Positions 30,529-41,450 of a stretch of DNA of 64,000 nt are shown piece by piece. The notes below the pieces were generated by a model. It was not told where the DNA came from. It did no database searches and saw only the letters and a list, made by a program, of their open reading frames with translations. The position numbers were made by a program, and so were the translations under genes. The stretch covers positions 4,224,001-4,288,000 of the forward strand of contig OY970194.1 in NCBI GenBank assembly GCA_963708075.1. The letters are read 5' to 3'. The first letter of the stretch is position 1. The number at the start of each line of letters is the position of its first letter. Origin of the DNA: Sedimentisphaerales bacterium (GTDB lineage Bacteria; Planctomycetota; Phycisphaerae; Sedimentisphaerales; Anaerobacaceae).

Positions 30529-31998
30529 ATGGCAGACACAATGATCGACAGCACAGCGCGGATGATCGACCTCTCGGACGCGGCGTACCAGGCCTTCTGC
30601 GAGGGGATCTCCGGCATGTTCGGTGTGGAGATGCAGTGCGACCGTCAGCAGGCGGGCGTGGGCGCGGCCGGGCAACTGCAGAGCCACTTCAAGAAGCTCA
30701 CCGCGGTTCATGTGGTCGCGGCGGACGGGGCCGTGCATGGGACCTTACACCTGCTGTTTGATCAGGCAGGACTGTTCATTCTCTCGGGTGTAGTCGTCAT
30801 GCTGCCGGAGAGCCGGATCCTGGAGCAGGTCAAACGCGGCTCGATGGAGAATAACGAGAGCCTGCAGGATGCCGCCAAGGAGGTGGGCAATCTGCTGGTG
30901 GGCTCCTGGGACACGGTCTTTCGTGATGCGTGCAAAGGCCACAAGCACTTCGTCAAGAAGGCCAGCGTCATCGGCAAGCTGTGGGAAAAGGACGGCCAGA
31001 TGGAGCTGTCGCCCGAGGATCAGGTCCTGCTGGTTCTCTATAAGATGACCGTCGAGCCCTACCCCAGCTTCACCTGTGCGGCCGTATTCCCAAAATCCGT
31101 TCTGGCAGGCACTGACAATCCAGGGACTGGCCAGGTCGCCGAGCCGCCAAAGCCGCAGGAGCCGGCAGAGGTGGGTTTGAAACCTGTCCAAACTGAGCCG
31201 GAGCGGGTTATCGCGGCCGTCCAGACGCCGACACCAAGTGGCAACGGGAAGACTGAGAGCCCAGGCGCTGCACCGAGTCCCGTGGCGGAAAATCCCACGC
31301 AGCCCCCTGCCGAAGCAGCAAGTGAACCGACTCCAGTGGCTGTTGTACAACCGCCGGGCTCGGGCAAGAGCTGCGAGTCTTCTCCAGAGACCAAGCCGGC
31401 CGACCCCGCGGACAACGCGCCGGCCGTGGCTGATGCCGGTGTCCCCAACGTGTCACAGGAATCCGGCCCCGTCGTTCCTGTCTTGCGACAAAGTGCCGGG
31501 CCCAATGGCGAATGGATCGAGCTGCTGCGTACCCCGGCGGACAAGATCATGCAGCGTAACATCGTCTGGGCCGGCCCGGACGACACGGTTCAGACCGTGC
31601 TGGCGAAGATGCAGCAGCACAATACCGGTTACGTGCTGATCGGCCAGAACGGAACTCTCGAAGGGCTCGTCTCCAATTCAAGCATTCTGGGAGCCGTCAG
31701 CCTGTACCTGCGTCCGGTGTTCGCCAAATGGCGCCGCCCGGAAGATGACGCGACGCTCGGCGTGAAGGTCAAATGGATCATGAGCCGGCCGGTCCGGACC
31801 ATCCGACCCGATGCCACACTGGAAGCGATGATGGAGAGTATGCGCCGTTATGGCGGGCGTTGTCTGCCCGTGGTGGACGGCAAAGGAACAGTGCTGGGCC
31901 TCGTCACCACGTTTGACATCCTGCTGTATCTTCTCCAGGTGGGCGGAGACGTATCCTGGCAAGGGAGCCCGCCCCAGGCCCCCGCCCTGCTGCTGTAG
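30529..31998 (+). CDS. CheX/CheC-like domain - Pro/Ala/Glu-rich linker - CBS pair fusion protein
   Basis: DAAKEVGNLLVG (ExxN); C-terminal ADKIMQRNIVW...KVKWIMSRPVRTI...LPVVD...LGLVTTFDIL. Confidence 0.75.
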   Translation: MADTMIDSTARMIDLSDAAYQAFCEGISGMFGVEMQCDRQQAGVGAAGQLQSHFKKLTAVHVVAADGAVHGTLHLLFDQAGLFILSGVVVMLPESRILEQVKRGSMENNESLQDAAKEVGNLLVGSWDTVFRDACKGHKHFVKKASVIGKLWEKDGQMELSPEDQVLLVLYKMTVEPYPSFTCAAVFPKSVLAGTDNPGTGQVAEPPKPQEPAEVGLKPVQTEPERVIAAVQTPTPSGNGKTESPGAAPSPVAENPTQPPAEAASEPTPVAVVQPPGSGKSCESSPETKPADPADNAPAVADAGVPNVSQESGPVVPVLRQSAGPNGEWIELLRTPADKIMQRNIVWAGPDDTVQTVLAKMQQHNTGYVLIGQNGTLEGLVSNSSILGAVSLYLRPVFAKWRRPEDDATLGVKVKWIMSRPVRTIRPDATLEAMMESMRRYGGRCLPVVDGKGTVLGLVTTFDILLYLLQVGGDVSWQGSPPQAPALLL

Positions 31999-32010
31999 GC
32001 ACGATTGGCA

Positions 32011-34089
32011 ATGGATAAGACTATGAACCAAGCCGACAATACACTCAGTCAGCTCGTCGAACAGGCGGCCTCGTGCGTCAATATGCTGACGCCTGCCGAC
32101 CTGTCGGACGTGCAGACCCTTGCGACCATTCTTGACCAGATCGGCAATGCCGCCAGAGGGATGTGCCCCGGCCCCGGCGAGCTGCAACACAAGCTCGAGG
32201 GAACGACCACAGAGGCGGCCTCGGTGTTGCGGCAGATCCTGCAACAGGACGTGCAGGACACGGCAAAGGCGCTGGATACCGTTTCCAAGGCGATCTGTGT
32301 TCTTCAGGGTCTGGCTGTCCAGATGACCGCTGCGGCGCCGCACGAGCAGGCGGCCCCGGAGACCAAGGCGTTGACGATCTCTGCGGAAGATGCGCCGCTG
32401 GTGCAGGATTTCGTTGCGGAGGCGAGCGAACACGTGGAAACGGCGGAATCGGCAATGCTGGAGCTGGAGAACCGCCCCGGGGACAACGAGCTGATCAACA
32501 AAATCTTTCGGGCCTTTCATACCATCAAAGGCATGGCCGGTTTCCTGAATCTGACGGAGATCCAGTCCCTGGCTCATTCGGCGGAGAATCTGCTCGATCT
32601 GGCTCGAAAGAACCAGTTGGTGCTCACCGGCGGCAACAGCGACGTCGTATTCAAATCCATCGATGCGCTCAAGAAGATGCTCGGCGGACTAAAGGAGGCA
32701 TTGGAATCGAGCAAGGCGGTCGCTCCCTATGACGGCCTGCCGCAGTTGCTGGAAGAGCTCAAGGCCGCGGCGGAAGGCAGAGCGCCCTCCAGTCCGCAGG
32801 CGGCGGCCAAAGCGAAGGAAACGGATCGCAAGCTCGATGCCATCCTGGAAGAGCCGTCGGATACCAGGAAAGCCGCTGCCGGGTCGGCGACGCATGCGGT
32901 GGAGGACAAGATCAAGGTCGGCATCGCACGCCTGGACAAGCTGATCAATCTCGCGGGGGAACTGGTCATCGCACAACTGATGGTGGCCGAGGAGGTCCAC
33001 ACCGGCCAATCCTTTGAACATGAGCTGGCTCACAAGGTCACCCACCAGGGCAAGATCGTGCGGGAGCTTCAGGAACTGTCCATGTCCATGCGGATGGTGC
33101 CGATCCAGGGTGTGTTTCAGAAGATGACGCGACTGGCCCGCGACCTGTCGCACAAGGCGACAAAGCCCGTGGACTTCGTCACCAGCGGCGAGGAAACGGA
33201 GCTGGATCGCACCGTCGTGGACAGGATCTCCGATCCCCTGGTTCACATGGTGCGCAACGCCATCGATCACGGCATCGAGTTGCCCGAAGACCGCGTCAAG
33301 GCGGGCAAGAGTCCCACCGGACGCGTGGAGCTGCGTGCCTTCCATCAGGCGGGCAACATCATCATCGAGATGCAGGATGATGGAAAAGGGTTGGACAGGG
33401 AGCGAATTCGCAGGAAGGCTGTCGAACAGGGCCTGGTGGAGCCGGACCAGGAGCTGTCCGAGGAAGAGATCTTCAAGTTGATCTTCCATCCGGGCCTCTC
33501 GACGGCCCAGACCGTGACAGCGGTTTCCGGCCGGGGCGTCGGGATGGACGTCGTCAAGAAGAACATCGAGTCCCTGCGGGGCCGGATTGACATCCGATCG
33601 AAGGCCGGCCAGGGGACGACTTTTACAATCCGCCTGCCACTGACGTTGGCGGTCATCGACGGCCAGGTGGTGCGGGTCGGCGATGCCTGCTACATCATCC
33701 CGATCAATGCGATTGTGCGAAGCCTGCGTCCGGCGAGGGAGCAGGTCTCCACGGTGCAGGGTCGCGGCGAGATGGTGATGGAGCGAGGTCAGCTCATGCC
33801 GCTGATTCGCCTGTACAAGCTGTTTGGCGTCCGTCCATCGACGGAGGACCCCACGCAGGCTCTGATCGTCATTGTCGAGGGCGACGGCAGGAACTGCTGC
33901 TTGCTGGTGGACGATCTGCTGGCCCAGCAGCAGGTGGTCATCAAGAACCTCGGCGAGGCGATGGGCAGGACCCGAGGCGTCTCCGGCGGGGCCATTATGG
34001 GCGACGGTCTGGTGACTCTGATTCTGGATGTTCCGGGCCTCGTGCAGTTGGCCCAGGAACGGTACGCCTTGAAGGAATCCCAGGCATGA
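32011..34089 (+). CDS. cheA: Chemotaxis histidine kinase CheA
   Basis: Hpt FRAFHTIKG; LDKLINLAGELVI; DPLVHMVRNAIDHGIE; DDGKGLD; SGRGVGMDVV; C-terminal CheW domain. Start 32005-32023 is uncertain. Confidence 0.96.
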   Translation: MDKTMNQADNTLSQLVEQAASCVNMLTPADLSDVQTLATILDQIGNAARGMCPGPGELQHKLEGTTTEAASVLRQILQQDVQDTAKALDTVSKAICVLQGLAVQMTAAAPHEQAAPETKALTISAEDAPLVQDFVAEASEHVETAESAMLELENRPGDNELINKIFRAFHTIKGMAGFLNLTEIQSLAHSAENLLDLARKNQLVLTGGNSDVVFKSIDALKKMLGGLKEALESSKAVAPYDGLPQLLEELKAAAEGRAPSSPQAAAKAKETDRKLDAILEEPSDTRKAAAGSATHAVEDKIKVGIARLDKLINLAGELVIAQLMVAEEVHTGQSFEHELAHKVTHQGKIVRELQELSMSMRMVPIQGVFQKMTRLARDLSHKATKPVDFVTSGEETELDRTVVDRISDPLVHMVRNAIDHGIELPEDRVKAGKSPTGRVELRAFHQAGNIIIEMQDDGKGLDRERIRRKAVEQGLVEPDQELSEEEIFKLIFHPGLSTAQTVTAVSGRGVGMDVVKKNIESLRGRIDIRSKAGQGTTFTIRLPLTLAVIDGQVVRVGDACYIIPINAIVRSLRPAREQVSTVQGRGEMVMERGQLMPLIRLYKLFGVRPSTEDPTQALIVIVEGDGRNCCLLVDDLLAQQQVVIKNLGEAMGRTRGVSGGAIMGDGLVTLILDVPGLVQLAQERYALKESQA

Positions 34090-34934
34090 CCTCGCTGGCG
34101 ATACGAGAGGCGGTCCTCGACGAGAAGGAATTCTGCCTGATCAGTGATCTGGTCTATGAGCACTGCGGGATCAACCTTCACGACGGCAAGAAAGAGCTTG
34201 TCCGCGCCCGGCTGGCCAAGCGGCTTCGCGAGGGTAATTTCCCTACATTTCACGAGTACCTGCGGCACGTGCTGGAAGACTCGACGGGCAGGGAACTGTC
34301 CGTCCTCACCGACTCATTGAGCACGAACCTGACGAAGTTCTTCCGCGAGGAGCAGCATTTCGAGTTTCTCAGGTCTCAACTGTTGCCCGGCCTCCTGAAC
34401 GCCAGGCAACGCCGCCGTGAATTCCGCATTCGCGCCTGGAGCGCCGGATGCTCCTCCGGGGAAGAACCCTACTCGATTGCGATTACGCTGCTGGAAGCCA
34501 TCGCGGGCAAAGGACACTGGGACGTCAAGATCCTGGCCACCGACGTCTCCACGCGCATGCTGGAGCGGGCCCGAAGGGGCGTCTACGACACGGAGCGCAT
34601 GGCGCCGATTCCGCCGCCGCTTCGGCACAAGTACCTCGTGCAGAGCCACGGGGATGAGAGCCGCGCGTATGAGGCGGCGGACTGCCTGCGCAATGTCGTG
34701 ATCTTTCAGTACCTCAATCTCATGAAGGACTGGCCGATCAAGACGACCCTGGATTTCATCTTCTGTCGCAACGTGATGATCTACTTCGACAAGCCCACGC
34801 AGGGCCGGCTGATCCAGCGGTTCTATGACCTGCTGGCCCCGGGAGGAGTCCTGTTCACAGGCCATTCCGAGTCCCTGACCGGCATCGAGCATAAGTTCCG
34901 TTATGTGCAGCCGACGATCTATACAAAGCCGTAG
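34086..34934 (+). CDS. cheR: Chemotaxis methyltransferase CheR
   Basis: TNLTKFFRE, WSAGCSSGEEPYSIA, DFIFCRNVMIYFD and GHSESL. Confidence 0.96.
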   Translation: MTSLAIREAVLDEKEFCLISDLVYEHCGINLHDGKKELVRARLAKRLREGNFPTFHEYLRHVLEDSTGRELSVLTDSLSTNLTKFFREEQHFEFLRSQLLPGLLNARQRRREFRIRAWSAGCSSGEEPYSIAITLLEAIAGKGHWDVKILATDVSTRMLERARRGVYDTERMAPIPPPLRHKYLVQSHGDESRAYEAADCLRNVVIFQYLNLMKDWPIKTTLDFIFCRNVMIYFDKPTQGRLIQRFYDLLAPGGVLFTGHSESLTGIEHKFRYVQPTIYTKP

Positions 34935-34937
34935 AGG

Positions 34938-36571
<1,634 letters not shown>

Positions 36572-37159
36572 AGTGCTCGGTCAAGCCGCCCATGTCCGCC
36601 ACGGCTTCGTATGCCTGCTGAAGGCCCCGTCACGCCTCGGCCGGGTGCCGTGTCTACGCTTGCGCAGACATGTCCTACTCGATAGACAAGGCATGCTTAC
36701 GCTCGCGTAAGCATGGCACCCGAACCGTCCCATTTCTTCCCGACACCAGCCGCGAAGCGACGCAATGACTCGGCACAGAAAGGACGATCGCTCCTTCTCC
36801 GAATGTCGTAACCGCTCGGCCGGACAATTTCCTTGGCTACAATAGCGAATGGCTAATTCACTGCATTGGGCCGCCGGCCGACAGAAAGCGTATGGTTGCA
36901 TCGCTGGTGTGAATCCACTGCCATGTGGTTTTCAGGTGATGCTAACGATGCTTTTGGCCCTGGGAATGGTGCTGTAAGTGGACCATGTGGATAGACAGTG
37001 ATGCCTGTTCACGGCCCGTTGACCTGATTCCACAGCACCATTCCCTCCTTTGAACGTGCGGCAGACAACATGAGGCACGGCCTGAGAATCCAATGGCCTG
37101 ATATCTCCAGCCGACTGACGTTGAGAGAGGTGCCTTTCAAGGAACTCATAAGGCGGTAG

Positions 37160-37672
37160 ATGCGAGAGAACATCATGGTAAGTGATAACAGCAAGCTGAC
37201 GGAAAGTAATATCCCTTCGACGCAGGAGGCCTGGCGCCGGCAACAGGAGTTTGCAGGGAGTCTGATTGACGCTGTGCACGCCGTTGTGCTGCTGGACACA
37301 CAGGGCCGGGTTATCCAATTCAACCGCTGCATGGAGGAGACATCCGGCTACAGGCTCGACGAGATGCGAGGAAGGGACTGGTTCGCCGCCTTCGTACCCC
37401 AATGCGATCACACGCGCGCTCGCGCCATATTCGCCAGGGCCATCGAGGGTGCTCACATCCACAGTAACATCAGCACGATCGTCACCAGGGACGGACGGGA
37501 TCGCTACATCCGGTGGTTCGATAGCGCGCTTCGCGACGGCAATCACAAAGTGACCCACCTGCTCAAAATAGGGTATGACGTCACCGGTCTGCGGCAGGCA
37601 GAAGACTGGAAGAACGTGCAGGAGCAACTGGTGGCGTTGGAGCAAAAATGCTGCGAGGATCTCGCCAAGTAA
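37160..37672 (+). CDS. Stand-alone PAS domain protein
   Basis: VVLLDTQGRVIQFNRCMEETSGYRLDEMRGRDWF...IGYDVT. Confidence 0.75.
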   Translation: MRENIMVSDNSKLTESNIPSTQEAWRRQQEFAGSLIDAVHAVVLLDTQGRVIQFNRCMEETSGYRLDEMRGRDWFAAFVPQCDHTRARAIFARAIEGAHIHSNISTIVTRDGRDRYIRWFDSALRDGNHKVTHLLKIGYDVTGLRQAEDWKNVQEQLVALEQKCCEDLAK

Positions 37673-37727
37673 GCCGGGGTTCCGGCGAAAACCACACCGG
37701 TAAGCCGGATCGCTGAAAGAAAGCAAA

Positions 37728-37759
37728 CGGGGCCTGCACCATGGTGGGCACAGGCCCCG
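37728..37759 (-). terminator. Rho-independent terminator after array gene 1
   Basis: CGGGGCCTG...CAGGCCCCG stem followed by TTTGCTTTCTTT on the minus strand. Confidence 0.75.
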
Positions 37760-37793
37760 AATTCTACGTGACAGCCGGCAACGGTCGGTCGTC

Positions 37794-40700
37794 TTACTTG
37801 GTGGCCAAGACTTTCACCTCAGCGGCGGTCAACGCCTGATTATACAACCAGACGTCATCGATGGCGCCGTTGAATGGGTTGCCACCGTTGGAATCACAGC
37901 AGCCGATGTGCATCGAGGCGTCCTTGTTGGAGCCGAACGAGAAGGCGCCTGAGCCGGTCTGAGCGCCGTTGACATAGAACCATGCGGTCGCCCCATCAAA
38001 GGTGACGGCCACATGAGCCCACTCATTCACCGGCAGGATGGGGTTGCCACCGACTGAAGAGCCGCCGTTTCGCGCGAACGTCAAGGCACCCGCCGCGTTG
38101 TTCGCCTCGATCTGCCACATCATCTGGGCCGGATCCCACCAGTTCCTCTTGGCCATCAGGCCCTGATACAGACCGGTCGGACCTTTCCAGTTGGCCCACA
38201 GCGAGACCGACAGCTTGCCCGTCAAGGCCGACGGGTTGAAGGTCCCCAGATCGACAAAGGGGCCCACAGCTCCGCTGAACTGGACGGCCTGGCCCTTTGC
38301 CCCGGCTACGAAGGTCGGACCACCAACCAGCGTCCCGTCAAAGCCGTTGCCCGAGCCATCCTTCGCATCGTTCTCGAAGGCATAGTGAGCGACCAGTGGC
38401 GGAATGGGGACGCCGTACTGAATGTCGTCGATGTAGATCCTTCCGGCCGCACCCGCCTTCGGACTGCTGCGGCTGCCGATGCCAATCGTCATCTTCTTGA
38501 TGGCCGCGGCATTCACGCCAAGGTCGCTGAGCGGGATACGCCACTGCGTCCAATCAGCCGAACACGTGGCCTTGGGATCGGGATGAACGATCGTCTTCGA
38601 CTTGTTCGTGCTGTCCACGAGCGTCAGGTACAAGGTATCGGGACCATTGGCGGGTTGAGCGACGCTGATATCGGCCGTCTGCCACTGACCCGTGACGGTG
38701 CCGGTGGTCTTGATCTGGGAGAAGTCAGCTATCGCCAGATTGCCTGCCGAGTTGCTGCAGACCACCATGCCGAGGTAGACGCTGGCGGGCATGACGAGTG
38801 TAATTGAGGACGCCGTGCCATCCGTCGCCGTGATCTTCGTCCAGGCCGTTCCATTCGCCGAGTACTCCCCGGTGAACACGTTGCCCACACGCGTGATTCG
38901 CAGCCACACGGGCAGCGGATTGGAATTCGCCGCCGTGGCGAGCGCCGTGGTGGTCGTGCTGGCCATGATGCTGCGGTACATCCACTCCACGAGGCTCTGC
39001 CGCGCGGCGCTGATCATGTGGACCTGCATGGCCAGCGGCTCCAGGCTGTCCCGGATCATCACGCCGGACTTCGTCCAGTCGGTGAGTGTCTGGACGCTGT
39101 CGACCCGCACCGTGATCGAGCCGTCGCCGCTGAGCTTCTTATAGGCGAAGCGGAATTCGTCGGTGCCCTGGTAGATATCCGCGCCGGAGCCGCTGAGGGT
39201 GATGCCCGAAGCCGTCTCAAGGAAGGCCGCCGGGCTGCCCCGGAACCACAGGCTGAAATCAGTGGCGCCGTGGGTCGTCCAGTTCTGAGGCGTTGACCAG
39301 GTCCGATCGACCTCCGAGTAGTACGGAGTATTGACGTTGTTGTACTCGACAGGCATGGCCTTGCCGCCGCCGTGGACAATGGAGGTTTCCATGATGTCGC
39401 CCAGGGCGGGGTCATAGCCGACCATCGAGCTAGTGGCGTTGCCCGGATCGCCATTCGGGAAGAAGTCATCCGTCGAGAAGCCCCAGCCGTCGATCCAGGT
39501 CTGGAAGACGCGGTTCGGAGAATCGTTGGTGTAGCTCTCGAAGTTGTCGATATCACCGTATTCGGTAGTGACGAAGCTCCACAGGTTGCCCGCCCAATCG
39601 CTGGCGGGAGCCGTGTTCACTTCGTCCACTCTCCAGTAGTACAACTTGCCAAAGTCCAGCGACGGCGGCTGATAGGAGTTGTCAGTGGTCGTGTCCACCA
39701 GGGCCGTGCCATCGACGACCTTGGCCTTATCCGTGCTAAAATAGACTTTGTGCGATGCGACTTGCCGGCCGTTTCGCCAGTCGAATCCGGCATTCACGGA
39801 TACGCCTGTGCTATCCACAGCGGGACTGGGCTGTCGGGCCTGGACGGGAATGTACTGGAAGCGGACCTCGCTCAAGCCGGCCTGCTTGAAGAAGCTGCCC
39901 CAGGCGCTGTTGATCGTGAGCCGGATGAACTTCGCGTACACGCTGTGCATATCGACAGTGAACCCGGCGTATGTATCTGAGCCGTCGGCCCGCGGAAACT
40001 CCACGCTGTCCAAAGCGGTCCAGGCCGTGCCGTCCAGCGAGTACTCGATCAGGACATCCTTGGCGCCCCAGCCGACGAGCGTTTCCATCTTCTGGTTCTG
40101 GTTCCACACCTTCATCTGCTGGATCACGTACGGCTGATCGAACGCATACTGGATCCAGGCCGGGAACTGGTTGATCGCGCAGAGCCACATATCCGTATCC
40201 ACGTTCGAGTGTGTGCTACCGTCGGCGGCGAGGCCCGAGCCATTGACGGTCTTGGCCGCCGTGTAGCCCTGGGTCGTGCTCTCCGAACTGGCGGTGGCAG
40301 TCACTCCGGTGAGCGTATAAGCATAAGGCTCGACAGTAAAGCTCCACACGTCGCCCTTGAAGACCGTATTGGTCGGTGGAGCATTGACTTCATCGACTCG
40401 CCAGTAGTAGGTTTTGCCATAATCCAGCAGGCTGGCCGGCGTGAAGGTCGTTCCTGTCTGGCCCTTGCTGACCGCCGTGGCGATATCGGCCTTATTGACA
40501 TCCTCAAAGCCGGCGCCCAGATATACGTTGTGCGTGTTGGCGAACGGACCCGCCTTCCAGCTCAGGATCGGATCGCGCGGGATATCCGTGGCGTTGTTCT
40601 CCGGCGCCGGCTTCACGGCACTGAGCTTGTCCTTTGTCACCGTGGGGACATAGTCGCCTTCATACCACTTGGCGTCATCCATCCAGAACTCCTGCGCGGT

Positions 40701-41228
40701 ATAAGCGACGTGGATGGTGATGTGCGCCGGAGTCACGTCCGCCGCGATCACGGGGGTCGTGAGGTGATATTCCACCCATTTATCGGTCATGGTGAACGCC
40801 GTACCGCCGTATCCGGTATAAGGATCCTGGGACAGTTCCGGCGAGACGAAGACCTGCGCGGTGCCGCTCTTGCTCTTGAGGAAGATCGAAAACGTGTATT
40901 TCTTGCCTTTCTGGAAAATGGTTCCCGGAGGCGTTGCCATGGGCGCCTGCACAGCGGCATCCCAGCGGTTGGCGCCTGCTCCGGAGACCTTTATGTTGAG
41001 GCAATACGTCCCCTCGATCGGTCCTTGGGGAACCGCAGCGCCGGCACAGTCCTTCACCACGGTGTACGTCGCGAGCCCGCCGTAGTTGCCCCACGGCGTG
41101 AGGGCCCCGGTTCCAAAGCCGCTGTTGTTGGTCAGAAGGTTCGTGGGCACCTGGGCCTGGCTCGGCGGACTGAATCCCAGGAGTACGATCGTCAATGCCG
41201 CAGTCAACCACACTGTTCGAACTCTCAT
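37794..41228 (-). CDS. Secreted multidomain protein 1: CBM4/9-like, FN3-like, discoidin, beta-sandwich, LamG
   Basis: RBS AAGGAGAG and signal peptide MRVRTVWLTAAL; YYWRVDEVN x2; F5/8C-like AWIQYAFD...GLSEVRF; LVAHYAFE...WAHVAVTFDG...IDDVWLY. Confidence 0.88.
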   Translation of the reverse strand: MRVRTVWLTAALTIVLLGFSPPSQAQVPTNLLTNNSGFGTGALTPWGNYGGLATYTVVKDCAGAAVPQGPIEGTYCLNIKVSGAGANRWDAAVQAPMATPPGTIFQKGKKYTFSIFLKSKSGTAQVFVSPELSQDPYTGYGGTAFTMTDKWVEYHLTTPVIAADVTPAHITIHVAYTAQEFWMDDAKWYEGDYVPTVTKDKLSAVKPAPENNATDIPRDPILSWKAGPFANTHNVYLGAGFEDVNKADIATAVSKGQTGTTFTPASLLDYGKTYYWRVDEVNAPPTNTVFKGDVWSFTVEPYAYTLTGVTATASSESTTQGYTAAKTVNGSGLAADGSTHSNVDTDMWLCAINQFPAWIQYAFDQPYVIQQMKVWNQNQKMETLVGWGAKDVLIEYSLDGTAWTALDSVEFPRADGSDTYAGFTVDMHSVYAKFIRLTINSAWGSFFKQAGLSEVRFQYIPVQARQPSPAVDSTGVSVNAGFDWRNGRQVASHKVYFSTDKAKVVDGTALVDTTTDNSYQPPSLDFGKLYYWRVDEVNTAPASDWAGNLWSFVTTEYGDIDNFESYTNDSPNRVFQTWIDGWGFSTDDFFPNGDPGNATSSMVGYDPALGDIMETSIVHGGGKAMPVEYNNVNTPYYSEVDRTWSTPQNWTTHGATDFSLWFRGSPAAFLETASGITLSGSGADIYQGTDEFRFAYKKLSGDGSITVRVDSVQTLTDWTKSGVMIRDSLEPLAMQVHMISAARQSLVEWMYRSIMASTTTTALATAANSNPLPVWLRITRVGNVFTGEYSANGTAWTKITATDGTASSITLVMPASVYLGMVVCSNSAGNLAIADFSQIKTTGTVTGQWQTADISVAQPANGPDTLYLTLVDSTNKSKTIVHPDPKATCSADWTQWRIPLSDLGVNAAAIKKMTIGIGSRSSPKAGAAGRIYIDDIQYGVPIPPLVAHYAFENDAKDGSGNGFDGTLVGGPTFVAGAKGQAVQFSGAVGPFVDLGTFNPSALTGKLSVSLWANWKGPTGLYQGLMAKRNWWDPAQMMWQIEANNAAGALTFARNGGSSVGGNPILPVNEWAHVAVTFDGATAWFYVNGAQTGSGAFSFGSNKDASMHIGCCDSNGGNPFNGAIDDVWLYNQALTAAEVKVLATK

Positions 41229-41250
41229 AGTACACCTCTCCTTACATTCA

Positions 41251-41330
41251 GTCGCTCTGCGACCTAACCCGGTTGGTTTTCGCTCGTCTCCTACGCTCTT
41301 CCAGGAACCGCCCGGAGTCGGCACTCTCAC
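41251..41330 (-). promoter_or_regulatory. Conserved structured leader, copy 1
   Basis: TCCGGG-CGGTT-CCTGGA hairpin, GACGAG, GGGTTAG and GTCGC-N3-GCGAC; homologous to the three other copies. Confidence 0.7.
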
Positions 41331-41342
41331 GGTAGAAAAACA

Positions 41343-41375
41343 TCGGGGCCCGTATCAAAGAGGTACGGGCCCCGA
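41343..41375 (-). terminator. Rho-independent terminator after array gene 2
   Basis: 12-bp stem TCGGGGCCCGTA/TACGGGCCCCGA followed by TGTTTTTCT on the minus strand. Confidence 0.85.
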
Positions 41376-41450
41376 ACTGTACATGCCAGCCGATTCGTAC
41401 GGCTGTCCGGTCGCCTGAACTGAGGGGTAACTCAGCCGGCAACGGTCCTC

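Noticed and set aside
36575..37159. Gene, ncRNA or sigma54 promoter in the intergenic region after cheB
   Set aside because: No convincing ORF, structure or TGGCAC-N5-TTGC match was found by eye.
41251..41330. c-di-GMP riboswitch or SRP RNA
   Set aside because: It lacks the GEMM consensus, and the GGGTCAGGTC similarity to SRP is not followed by the GGAAGCAGC motif.
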